The translations under genes were made by a program, and so were the position numbers. Below are positions 1 to 12,569 of a stretch of DNA of 64,000 bases, piece after piece. Below the pieces are notes generated by a model. The model ran no database searches. It was not told the DNA's origin and worked only from the letters and a program-made list of their open reading frames with translations. Numbering within the stretch: the first letter of the stretch is position 1; each line of letters starts with the position of its first letter. Origin of the DNA: Azolla caroliniana (taxonomy: Eukaryota; Plantae; Polypodiophyta); contig JBHGNT010000009.1 of NCBI GenBank assembly GCA_043228905.1, forward strand, positions 20,212,001 to 20,276,000. Direction: 5' to 3'.

Positions 1-616
1 CTCAACTCCCTTTATTTGGTTGTTTGTGCTCAACTCCTTTCGTCTCCTTTTCACACCGTATCCCACTGGCCAACACTTTACTCTTCAATGAAATGCTTGG
101 AAACTTTGTAAAGTCTCTTTGCAATTAAGTGTTAATGTCTCCACTTCTAAACGTGATTAGGTCATAGAGTAAGGTTAGTATTAGGATCCACAAAACTTTG
201 AACTTTAATTCGAGCCTTTATTGGTGAGGCTAAGCTCTCTTCTTTGGACCTCTTATTGAAAAATCAAAGTATAATCGAAGGAAATATTTAGTGTTCGGTG
301 GTCTAGGACAATGATGATATTTTATGTTTGTCTCATGTCCTTCCCTTGAGGGTTGTCAATAGTTACAAATTGAAATAATGATGAGCAAAGGAATAAGCGA
401 TTAAGGAGAACAAGATATTAAGAAATTATATTTCATGTATGGGTTTGATAGTTTAAATAACCAGGTTTGGATGACACAATAGTATCAGGAGAACATTGCA
501 TTTGTCATCGACTGGATAGCATCATCTTGTTGTCATGATATTCAAATTGAAAACAAGCCGAAAAACATTGCGAACAATCATCGTTAATATATTGCAAGCA
601 TTCACTAGGCCCCATT

Positions 617-1400
617 CATGCAGTTTACATTGAATTACTTTGCAATGATTGGGCATATGAGTGATGAATTACGAAATATGTTTGGGCATGATTGCAAGTA
701 TGTATTAGAAGTAGTCTAAGAAACCTTGGGCAACGTGATTAGCTACACATGCATGTTGATGTTTAACAATGAACATAGTAGAGTGGTACCAGTCACTATT
801 TATGTATGGTCTTCGATTAAATGCTACAAATAAGGCGGACAACTACTCTCTATTTGAACTTCTTACCAATTGTGAAAATCTAGCATATTGAGTAAACAAA
901 GGAATTGACAATATCTGAATTACTTTTAAGCTTTGAACTGGATGTTAAATTAGAAGCCTTGTTGTATCATTAGAAAATTTGTCACGTGATATGAAGTTAA
1001 TGATTCCACGCTTTGTTGCACAACACCTTGCATGCAAATGAATTATCTTGACATGTAACCACACTCATTCACAAATGCATGATTGATATGAATGCTTCAT
1101 TTCGTAACCCATAAGATCTTTTTATGGGAGGAAGGAAAACATTTCGTGTGGTGCTTCTACATAGTTAGTGCTTATACTAAATGAATATTGCTTGAAAAGT
1201 AGGTTATTGAGCCACTGAACTACACCACACCTTGGAAAACAACTAGCTGGGGCGTGCGTGTATAATGATTAGTGATTTATGTTTGCAAATGAATAGTAGC
1301 ACATTCATGATGATCATCACCCTTGAGTTGTGGTGCCAAGTGGACACCTCCATGCACAATCATTTGCATGCCATCAGAATAGATCATATATATACACTTT
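617..1400 (+). promoter_or_regulatory. Storage-protein-type promoter with RY (CATGCA) elements and a G-box
   Basis: CATGCA/TGCATG at 617, 748 (CATGCATG), 1031, 1076, 1351 and 1365. CACGTG at 983. TATA-like sequence near 1388. Confidence 0.5.
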
Positions 1401-1481
1401 AAAAGATATACCCTCCTCAATCTCAGGTTGTATTGTATCACACATAGTTCCTCTCTATTTGCACAATTATATCCCTTCAAT

Positions 1482-3547
1482 ATGATGCTGCATTACTACA
1501 ACTGTTGGATGCTATTGGTGTCCTTGCTGCTTCTAGCTTCTGTGGTTTGCTGCGAATCATATTCTACATCATCCAAAGAAGATCGTGATGTTCCCTCCGA
1601 ATATTCGTCATTGGAAGGTCGATCAAAACCCTACAACACATTAAGCTCCACACTTGATAATCATCATGATAGAGAGAAAGAGGAGGAGGAAGAAGAAGAG
1701 TGGCTTAATCTAGATCTTGGGGAGCCTTGTGAGGTGCTACGGACCGAAGGTGGGGTTGTGCGTGTTTGGATGCATGATAATGTTGATCGTGCCATTCGCA
1801 GCAATGTCGTGGTGGGTGTCGCAGAGCTAGAGCTCGAGGAAGATGGCTTGCTTTTGCCCAACTATGCTAATGTCCCCAAGGTTGCTTATGTGACCCAAGG
1901 TATATATCATATTATATGGTTGGTTTGTTGATCCGACGACAAATAATTAAGAAATAATGATGTATTTGGAGTGTATCATTAATTAATGTCCATGTACATG
2001 AATTACATGGCTAGGTTGTGGATATATGGGTGCCGTCCTCCCTAGTGGTAGTGGCATTACTAGCCCTAGACCATATGTTCGACGAGTGGAGAAGGGAGAT
2101 GTAGTTGCTCTTCCAAAGGGTACGATCTATTGGTGGTATAATCTTGGGAATGAGGTGCTTCGTGTCTTGTGTGCCGGTGACATATCTAGCCTTGGATCTC
2201 ATCCTAGTCACTACAATGTAAGTGTAAGAAGGGCTCCATATAGCTTCTACATAGATAGCTAGCTTCTACATAGATAGCTGAACATGATCAAATACCATAT
2301 ATTTGTGTGTGATACAACTATGTTGTTCTGATGTGATTGTAGCAATTTTTTCTCTCCGGTGGTAACCAACGTGGGTTCGGATCCTTCCTTCATGGTTTCA
2401 GTCGCAAGGCCCTAGCCACTGCTTGGGGAGTTGATGAAGACACAATCGGGTCGCTTCTTGAGAGGCAGAAAGAGGTTGGCATCATTCGTGTGAGACGCCC
2501 GCTTCGCTTCCGTGAGGCAAGTTCTCGTTCGGCCTCCAACGTCTTTGAGGAGCTTCAATACACTCCAACATCTCAACCGGACATCTTTGTCGAGAATGGC
2601 GGCTTCATGAGCATCATTACCTCCCAGAAGTTTCCAGCACTTCACCATGTTGGATTTAGTGTGGGAAGAGTCTCTCTTCAAGAGGTAAAAAGTAACAACC
2701 ATTCCCAAAAATCATGTAGTATTTGGATTTAGTGTGAGCCAAGAGCATCTACTTAACATACTCATTTAGGCATGTTAAGAGTCTTCTAATGTTTTATCCT
2801 TGGGTTTCTTGTAATTTGCTAGAATGCTATGGTGGCTCCAGCATTTTCTACTAATGCTCACCATCTTATCTACGTAACTCGCGGAAGTGGACGTATTCAA
2901 GTATCGAACGGTGATGGACGAAGGATGTTCGATGAGGAGGTGAGCCGAGGCTCATTCATACTCATCCCACAATTCTTCCCCTCGATGAAGGTTGCTGGCA
3001 ACGAAGGGATCGAGATGGTTTGCCTTGCAACATCGCATAGGTACTAGTATTGTTGAGTTTGAGGTCCAATTATAATGTCATAGAACTCTTGTTTCATTTG
3101 TTGCCATAGAAATTTGATGATTTAAATGTTACATAATAAATATTTTATGTTCTTATTGGTCTTGGACCTTGGTATAATATTGTTTATAAATCTTTCTTCT
3201 AGGCCTTGGTCTTGATATAATCACATTCGTTTTTAATTCTTCGTTATAGGCCTTCAATTTCTTTCCTCGCGGGTCGCAACTCCGTATATAATGGCATCCC
3301 AGAACAAGTTCTCGCCGCAGCTTTCAATGTGGATCGACAGACCCTAGAGGAGTTGGGTAGGGACGAAGAGATTATCTTTCCTTCATATAGGAGGAAACAA
3401 CAATCAAGTTCACGATCACACTCCCAAGAACGCTCCTCTCGAGGTGAACACGAGACATATTATGAGGAACGTGGTCGACGTCCACGATCTCCCTCCAAAG
3501 GTGACGAGGGTTATTGGTGGGAGCAAGCCCTTTCCTATGTGATGTAG
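1482..3547 (+). CDS. Bicupin 11S globulin/legumin-like storage protein, 5 exons (1482-1899, 2015-2217, 2343-2684, 2823-3040, 3250-3547), ~492 aa with signal peptide
   Basis: GT-AG exons join in frame (1479 nt). Hydrophobic N-terminus (LLVSLLLLASVVCC). Cupin motifs GLLLPNYANVPKVAYVTQG, GDVVALPKGTIYWWYNLGN, NAMVAPAFSTNAHHLIYVTRGSGRIQV and SFLAGRNSVY. Confidence 0.9.
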
Positions 3548-3574
3548 CTCACATCATTGAAGTGGAACAATCTC

Positions 3575-3718
3575 AAATGTCATATTTTAGCTTTACTCGT
3601 GTGGATAAATAAGAATTTCAAAAGTCTTTTTAATGTTTCAAATGGTACAATGTCATATTTTAGCTTTACTCATGTGGATAAATAAGAATTTCAAAAAGTC
3701 TTCAATGTTTCAAATGGT
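3575..3718. repeat. ~73-bp tandem duplication in the cupin 3' UTR
   Basis: Two near-identical copies of aatgtcatattttagctttactc.tgtggataaataagaatttcaaaa...aatgtttcaaatggt. Confidence 0.85.
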
Positions 3719-5845
3719 TTTGGTTCTCCCCTCTATTAATGCCAAATTTTCTTTTAGTCATTTTGGCTTTTGATTAATCCTTGTTGGTTTTTGGTTTCTT
3801 GGTTTTCGAGAACCCTCTAAACCGTATGTGAAGATGAATTTTCATAGGCGATGAGATTGGTTTTCTTGGTTTTTGAGGGCCCTCTAAAATAATACAAATA
3901 AATAGTACATATGTCATAGATATCATAGATATCTCTAATAATAATCTTATATCAATGATATCTCTAATATTCCGATTATTGTCACTACACATTGGAAGAA
4001 TTCTAGAAAAGTCGTAAATTGGTTCTAGTTTCTTTTTTCGGTGTGACAAATAGTGTAAATTTGTGTTTACCTTTTTATCTATGTGACGCAACAAATAATT
4101 ACCATTCCTAAATATATTCTCTTTCCGGTTTTTCAAGCATTTGTACACCTTATCTCTATGTGACGCAACGAATAATACCATCCCTAATGATATTCCTTTT
4201 TTTGTCTTTCAAGCTTTTGTATACATGTACTTTTATTGCATGTAGTTATTACCATTTCCATTGTTAATCAATAGGTTTACTCTTAATTAATTTGATTTTG
4301 TCCATTGTTAAGAGTGCTCATTTGCTTGAAGGTCTTGAATAAAATTGTTTTGGTTTAGTTTGTCGACATCATGTCCTCGTTACCTCTACACAGTTTTTGG
4401 TAAAAGCATGTGTATTGTCTAGAGCATGTCATTTGTCTATATCTAAATTGGGGTTGGGAGGAAACCCTAAAGGCTAAAATTACGAAACAAAGCAAGTTCA
4501 ATTTCTCACATTACGAAGAATTCACTTAGCAGGGCTTGTGAACCCCCAAACCACCTATTAACTTGAATTTGATTGAGAAATTCTACAAACTATGATGTAT
4601 GATGTTTATAATGTATGTACAATTCCTTTTGGAGGTATGGAACTCGTGTTCTCAGACTTAGAGAATATCATAATATTATCTAAATAAACCATAATAAAGA
4701 GGTTTATGGATTCTTGGAAATAAAACATTTGCCATGTACTAAAGTAAGTTCAAATGACTGACAATGTACTCGAAAAATATCCATATTGGGTGTAGAGAGT
4801 AATCTTCCACTCATTATGAACCATGATCTTGAACATTAATGTGATTATATGCACCACACTAAAGATCCTATTGTAGAAGTATTTGGCTCTCGAAGGCTCT
4901 CATAAATCTCTAAGATGAGTATTGAATCTCCATGATTGACCACCAAGTCGCAAGGAATTTGATTCACATAGATTATGGGTGCAATTGTCAATGCTTGGGA
5001 ATGCCTAATGACATTCCAACATGAAGGATTCAAAATATTTGGGGAATGCTTTTGGAGGATGTGTCATGGGAAGAAGAGAGAGAAGTGTAAATGGATCAAT
5101 AAGGACCAAAGATTGAGTGAGTGAATGACCTCAAATGTGCAAACTAAATTGGTACCAAGCGTGCAAGACAAAATGTCAAGAAAGAGATCAATTCACCGGT
5201 AGTGCATAAATTGGCGAAAGAATGAAGAATTATGAATTTCAAGCCTTAGTAAGAAGAAGAAGAAGAAGGTATTGCCTTCTCAAGGCTACAAATGATGGTG
5301 GATATGGTCCGACATACCAAGCATGAGTGGTGTAAAGGCACTAACCATTGCAATGAGCTAAAAAATAACATCTCTTCTATAAGAGAAATTGGATTCGCTC
5401 ATCCAATACCTCGTTGCCAACAAACATCAACTTTAAAAAAGGAGGAATGAAGAGGTTATTGGAGGAACAAAAACAAAAAGGGTAGAGTTGGCATATGAAT
5501 ATACATGGGTAGGAATCTGACTCCTCAATGCAATCCACTTTTTGCTCATACTTCTATCTAGTAGTTGTCGATTAGTCAAGTTCAATTGGGTGGATGATTG
5601 TCGTCAAAAAAATACAAGAATTGGTAGGCTTCTAATGACATTACGTTGGTTGAATAATGAATATGTGAAGTGGTCGAGGAAGTTGTGAATATATTTGGGG
5701 ATTTAGAAATTGTTGATAATATCAATATTTAAACTTGTGAAGTGCCAAATATTTTTGACATATTGTTTTGTTTTATAATGACAGGTTTATGTAATAAGAG
5801 TTAACATTGAATAGGTTACTCCTAAAACACAAAGTTCATCATTAT

Positions 5846-5895
5846 ATGTGTGTGTGTGTATATATATATGTATGTATGTATGTATGTATATATAT

Positions 5896-5933
<38 letters not shown>
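5846..5933. repeat. Compound microsatellite (TG)n(TA)n(TATG)n(CA)n(TA)n
   Basis: Directly visible. Confidence 0.95.
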
Positions 5934-5934
<1 letters not shown>

Positions 5935-7597
5935 GTTCATTGTGTCTTTGTTTCTAGCAATGGTGTAGTAGTACGCATTAATACACATTGGAACTACTAG
6001 GGTTGTTGGCAAAGAGAGGTGCTACTTGAGGACGAGGGAGAAGTTTTGATGTAAACCATCTGTGTGGCTTGGGCGTCCTCCCTGTCAATTATTATTATTA
6101 TTTCGAAAAATAATAAATAAATATGTGGCTTTATATATGTGGTATTTTTAGCTAAGTATGTAGTTAAGAGTATGGTGAATCGTGTTCTCATTCTAGGCCC
6201 AGGAAGTGGCGTGGTTGCCAAAAAGTGTGGGCATTAGTTTATCCTAAAAGACAAGAGGTGGTTCAATATCAAGGGGTGAGTCATCTATAATATATACGTA
6301 CATAAACACTTCACTTCTTCCAGTCCACAATAAAAAAATTGTGGAATGTGCAAAAGCTTTGTTAGCTTCCACCACTATCATCTCTCTCCCACAACCCCCA
6401 CTAACTTCACGGTTCACACTATTCCTGGTTCATTCCTTGTTACTAGGGGGCGCCACCGAACTAACCCATGCCACACTCCCACACGGAGTGGCTTTCAAGG
6501 CTCATGTGTAAACCAACCCTAATAATTGCTAGTGTGGTGGATCAACTTGAGGGTTGAATAGTTAATCATGCAATCTCAAAGGGAATCAATTTATCACATG
6601 TCTTTGGCATACTTAACTTCAAATTATTGACACATTGTTGGAAATAGGTGGCAATCTTTGATGATGCTACTCATGCAACTTTGATCACTAAAATACTCGT
6701 TCCTGTTTCTTCTTGGTATAGGCCAAATTATCAGCAACTCAACAATTGTACACTTAATTGACTAGAGATACATTTTTTATTAACAAACACTTAATTCTAA
6801 CAACACTTCTATGCCTTTTCACCCCTTATCCTATGTGGAATCATAGACACAATCCTTATATGAAAATGTTCAAGACTTATTAAAATTTAATATTCAAGAA
6901 ACTTTCATAACCCTAAACCAATAAGTTGTTTTAACTGCAAGCCCGTAGTTGATAAAGGTTGGAGCTGAACGGAATCAAATTATGGAACCCCAATACCGAA
7001 CCGAGCTGAATCAAGCCCTAATTAAACCATTTACACATATTCAAACTCGAACCAAACTATTGAAACCATCAAGCTATAGTTTATGTGGTTTGATTCGGCT
7101 CAAACGGAACAAGTGATGATTACTAGTAGCCACCTAGATTAGGGAGGATGTCGAACAAGCTTACTGTGAGCCGACAATGGACGTGACCAACGAAGTTCAT
7201 CAGCTTGTGTCCAAGAGTGGCAACGAGAAGTTCACTGGGTTGTCATATGGAATTTTTTTCCCCAAAAAATATCGGAGTACTTTTAACCTCTATATGTAGA
7301 GCAAAGAAATCCGCACATGCGTGATCGTCCGGGAGCAGAGCAGGTTCAGGCAGTACAAGAGAGATCAGGTCGGGTCGGGTCGGGTCGGGTTTGGGATATA
7401 ATGTTTATGTAACCGATATGGGCTCATGTGTCCAGTGACCGGCTTATTCACTCGTGTTGATTGAGAGTGGGGGTGGGGATGGACGAGACGGACGGACGGA
7501 CGGACACTTCAGTGTGAACACGGCCTCCCATCACAAAATAGAGTGTATAGTAAAATCAGGAGTTCAAATTTGGCAACCCCTCTCGTAAGGTCTCCAC

Positions 7598-7642
<45 letters not shown>

Positions 7643-7653
7643 CGAACGACGGC

Positions 7654-10600
7654 ATGGCGGAGCTCGACGCTCGTCTCACTCCTTCCCCGCACACCAACAG
7701 GTCAGTGCTTCGGGTTTAGGGTTTCTGCTTTCTTGTTTCTTTTTGTTCTGTGTTACCTCGCTTTCAATCCGTTTTTTTTTTGTTTTGTTTTTGAAATCGT
7801 TTTGTATCCTGTATCGCTTTTCGATCCGTTTTCTTCGAAATTGTTCTGTAATCCTGCATATCTTTCGTTTTCCCCTTCGCTTCCCTTACCTTCCCTTTCT
7901 TTCTTTCTTTCTTTCTTTCTACTTATCTGTTCCAGTTACAGAGAAGCTGATCAGAAAGATGTCAAGATAGGCCTTTTCCCTCCCTTCGACGAAAACCTTG
8001 TTCTTGTCGATAGAGTAACTAGCACAGCGAATGTTTCCTCTCCCCCATCAGGACATCATCCGGAATCTTCTCAGGAGCTCCCCGGTTTCCCCAATCAACA
8101 AACGGAAGAGGCTAGACAGACAATTACCAAGGCAGCTGAAGGAGAAGCAGAAAAAGGAAACGTAGTAGTAGAAGGAGTAGTGGAACTCCGAAATGAAGAT
8201 AATATGCAATATATGCGCAAAGAAGAGACTGAAGGTGAAGTAATGAATGATAATCTCAGATCAAAGGATAATGACACGTATCCTACATCCGAAGGAATCA
8301 CTACAGAAGTTGACGCGCAAATGTTACCTACTCCTTCTGGTGAAATCATACCTTTAAGATATAGGACTCATGATGACCAGATCAATATAGAGCAAAATGT
8401 TTCTGGCGAAAAAGATCCTGTTGTAAGCAACCAAGAATGTGGTTCTGTTAATACTATATTAAAATCTCCTGTACGTATCATTGTGGATCATGAACCTCCT
8501 GGTAATCAGGAGTCAGTTAACCTTCCTTGCAAGAGTGGGGATAATGATGATGATCATGTCCATATTACAGAGAATGGTAAATATGATAATGAGGAAGGCA
8601 TCAATGATAGTGATAATCGTAGTGGTGGACAGGTTAAAAATGAAAATGGTGAAACTACAACAAGAGGGGCTATGAAGGAAGAATTCGGCGGCGATCATGA
8701 ACAAGGTGTGGCTATGGATTTTGAATCTCAGGTGAGCAATACGGAAGGAGGACATGAGCAAATAGATACCGGCACCAACACACCTGTTGCCGATGGTAAG
8801 TTCTTTTCAGACATGACATATGTCTTGCTCTGTGATGATGTTTTGAACAACTTTATTGCTTTCTGAAGATTTCCATTCTTCATGGAATTGGTGTCGTCTA
8901 GTGCTTGCATATTCTCTTTGATTTCTAACTTTCTTAGGATTTGGTTCCCCCAATTATGCTCGTGGTTAAGTTTCAAATTGGGATGGATGATGCTATTTTG
9001 AGGATATTTTCATACATTTGGAGGATTGTCTCTGTTTATTATTGTGGTTCCACAAATTAAGATGGATTGGTGCTCGTTTCTCACTTCCATTATGGTGAAT
9101 CTAATCGCATGATGTGAGCTTTTGTTGTTTTTCACATGTTCTATCTATTTGTAGTGTTTGGTTTTTTGTTTGTTTGTTGCTTTCTTATAATATTGACACT
9201 TCCTGAGAATCTACTTTTGTGATTCGTTGTCTTCTGTTTCAACTTTCCAAGGATTAGTTTTTATGATGGTGGGATATTTGATTTGCTTAGCAATTTCTGC
9301 TTTTATGGTGGGAGGTCTTTGTTTTTTTGCTTCCTTTCTTACTTTCTGATGAAAATGTGTTCTTATGATGGCACACTGTGTAAAGTTTACTCTGTCTTGA
9401 CCTTCTCACTTTCTGAGGATATGCTTTTTAAGCTAAAGGGCTCTTTTTTTAAAAATGTCCTCTTTGCGTTCTTACCTTTGTTACATGATAGGAGCCTGGT
9501 CATTGAGTTGTTTATTCTCTTGTCTCTCAATCTTTTTGAGGCATTTATTTATAAAGGGTCAATCTTTGAATTGGTTATTTTCCATGTTTATTTTTTGGAT
9601 ATGGAAGGGGAGGGGTCTATCCCTGAAGGTATACAAGAATCCATCTCTCCTGGAGATACTGTTCCATCCACTGAGGCTGTTAGGATAGGAAGTATACAAC
9701 CCACCAGTGAAGATGCTGGTGAGGATATTGCTTCTGTAGAGGGTCCAATCAGTAATGAAATAAATACATCATTTGGTCCAAGCCATACGGAGGAATCACA
9801 GACAGACGACCTTGCCAAAGAAATTGCACCTCACTTTAAATGTGACAATCCATCAAACAAGGTTAATCTTCATGTTGGGGAAACACAAATAGGTGATAGT
9901 AGTCTGGTCGATACAGATGTCTGTGTAGGAAGTGAGGCAATGGTCGAAGAAGTGGAAACTGTGATTGAAGAAGTGTATACGGTGATCGAAGAAGTTGATG
10001 CAATGGGGAATCAGAACATGGAGACTCAAGAAGTGTGTATAGTGAATATCGAAGAAGTTCATACAATAGGAAATAATATGGAGATTCAAACAGGATCATC
10101 TTTGGGTGAAGTTAACCTTGAGGAGACATTCACAACAGGAGTATCTTCTGAGTGTGAACTTCATCCATCTCTTGATTCACAGGATGTTGAATTGTTTTCC
10201 GTGGAAGAGCTGGTCAGAGGAGAATTTTTAACTGAACAGGATGTGAAAAAGGCTATTAGAATAGAGACAAAGATCCCAGAAGTTCAAACTGATGAGACAA
10301 AAGAGATCTTGAGTATAGCTGAAAAATCTCCTGATCAGATGGAGAGTGTAACTACAAAGATCTCTGAAACTCAAACTGACAAAACAAAGGGGATCTTCAG
10401 TAGAGATGAAAAATCTCCTGAGCAGATGGAGATAGTAACTACAAATATCTCTCAAGCTCGACCTGACACCAGTGCAAACGGGATCTTCAGTACAGCCGAA
10501 AAATCTCCTGAGCAGATGGAGATTGTGACTACAAATATCCCTCAAACTCAAGCTGAAACCACTGAAAAAGAGAGCCTTAAAATTGCTGAATTATCCCCAG

Positions 10601-12569
10601 ATATGCAACCTGAAACTGCAAGCAAAGCAGAGGATTTGCATTTACAGAAGAACAATGCAGTTGGTCATGTAAGATGATTTTGACTGGCTATTCTGCCTTG
10701 ATGCTCTACCTTTGAGTTCTTGATTTGTTGTTGTGGCTTTGATGTTGTGCAGGAAGTTAGTGAACAAGAAGTTCAAGAAATCAAAGGTGGTAAGGTTTGG
10801 AAGAGATTTGGAAGGAAAAAATATCTAGGGGATGTAGTTGATTATGATCCAGAAAACAGGTGGTTCAAGGTGAATAATCCTAGATAAGTCTTTGTATTTC
10901 GATCTAGCTTTACTGGTATCCAATTTATGTAATCTATTTAATGAATGGGTACTTCTGTCTATATGGGGAAAATGATCAGGTTGTATATGAGGACGGTGAT
11001 GAAGAAGATTTAGATTTAGATGAGGTGAAGGAAATCTTACTTCCGCGGGGCACTTTGCCCAAATCTGTGTCAAAGAAAAGAGGTCATCCAGGAGAAGAAT
11101 CTGATCAAGAGAGGTATGCCACTATATCGATGTATTATTTCATGCACTTTACTTGAATAGCAATGCATTTTGTCGCACTGTGGTTTTCTTAATGCAGCCA
11201 TTATATTTATGAATTGCTCATAATGCACTTATTGTAGGAAATCAAAACAGCGGAAGAAGGCTCCAACTCCAAAAAAGTCTAAAGCAGGTTCTAAAGCAAG
11301 TGAAGGAACAATATCAAGAGGAAGAAAAACAGCTGAGAAGGTGAAAAGACCTTATAGAAGAAGAAAACAACAGCAGGCTGAATCTTCGGTATCAAAGGAT
11401 GTAAGCTCAACAACTCAGTCCACCATGACAGGAAATGAAGCAAGTGAAACTGATGAACTTGCCAATGTACCGAATAGTAGAGGTGAACACAACATAGAAT
11501 CCCAGCATGATGAATCAGCAACAACAGAGAAAACCACATCAAAGAGAGGAAGAAAGAAGAAAACACAGTCTGATACCGAGGTGTCGACAAGCAGCAAAGT
11601 AGCACCTAGTGTTGATCATTTAGCTGAAGAAGACAGTAAAGAAAAGAGGGGACGAAAAAGGAAAATACAGTTTGATCCCGAGGTGTCAACAAGTAACAGG
11701 AAGGCTGAGGAAACGATTGATGATGTGGTGCTAACAACATCAATGCACAAAGATGAACTTGCATCCAACCAGAATAGTACCAAGAAGCAGAAACTAAGCG
11801 AAAATATTGGGGAGTCAAAGAGCAATCGATTAGGTATAGATTCTCATGAGAAGGAGGATTCATTCATTGGAAAACAAGTTAGAAAGGATTTTAATGGTAC
11901 TTTTTACACTGGAGTTGTCATGGAGTTTGACAAGGCCCAGAAGTACTTCAAGGTCAGAATACCTGTGCTACACACATTTTTTGGTGTTTTACTTAGGTTT
12001 ATTATACCATTGTTTTTTTATGTCCTTAAATAGTGGTTATTTCATATGATTTTAGGTTTGATGGTGTTTAATTATGACGTTCTGTTGTCTGGATTATACC
12101 ATAATTTGGCATTCTCTGTTTAAAATGTGGACGAAGAAATCTAATATACCCCCTAGTTTTTCTTTTTTCCCCAAACATGAATTGTCATTCCCTAAATGCC
12201 CCTGATCAACCCCTGAAAGAGTGAGAAAGGGGATGAACTGACCATAAGTTATAACCTAGCTCATATAATTGAGAAGAATATGATGAATCGTTATTTAGTT
12301 ATTGTTGAAATAGCACATATAATCGCTCTTTCATGATTTGACCAAGGGCATTCGGAGGGATTACTAATAAGTCAGGGATTTGAAATAGAGAAAAAATGGG
12401 TATTTCAGGAAATTTTCCTTAATTTCAATTCAAGAGATTTATTCTTCTGTAATGGCTTTATTTAAATCAGGTGAATTATGAAGGTAGAGATGAGGAAGTA
12501 CTTCATCTGGCTGAGCTGGAGACTGTTCTTATTCGTGAGGAAATTTGTTCTGTATCTACTAATCATTGA
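7654..12569 (+). CDS. ~1010-aa acidic, low-complexity protein with two PTM/DIR17-like Tudor domains and KRGRK basic motifs; 7 exons (7654-7700, 7936-8795, 9608-10668, 10753-10869, 10980-11113, 11238-11952, 12471-12569)
   Basis: Exons splice in frame (3033 nt). Tudor-like segments GGKVWKRFGRKKYLGDVVDYDPENRWFK|VVYEDGDEEDLDLDEV and IGKQVRKDFNGTFYTGVVMEFDKAQKYFK|VNYEGRDEEVLHLAEL. A (TC)n tract precedes the ATG. The exon 3 acceptor is the least certain boundary. Confidence 0.75.
12125..12420. mobile_element. MITE (Mutator-like terminal inverted repeats), copy 1, intronic
   Basis: Shares ataccccctagtttttctt...aatgcccctgatcaacccctgaa...ttgaccaagggcatt...ggtatttcaggaaattttcctt with the copy at 29968-30273. 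Confidence 0.7.

Noticed and set aside
7713-7724. Telomere-like GGGTTTAGGGTTT
   Set aside because: Under two units; an ordinary telobox-type motif in a first intron.
9283-9607. Hydrophobic N-terminal extension of the 464-aa ORF, and an apparent non-canonical GG acceptor near 9598
   Set aside because: This is T-rich intron sequence open by chance. A canonical in-phase AG exists at 9606-9607.
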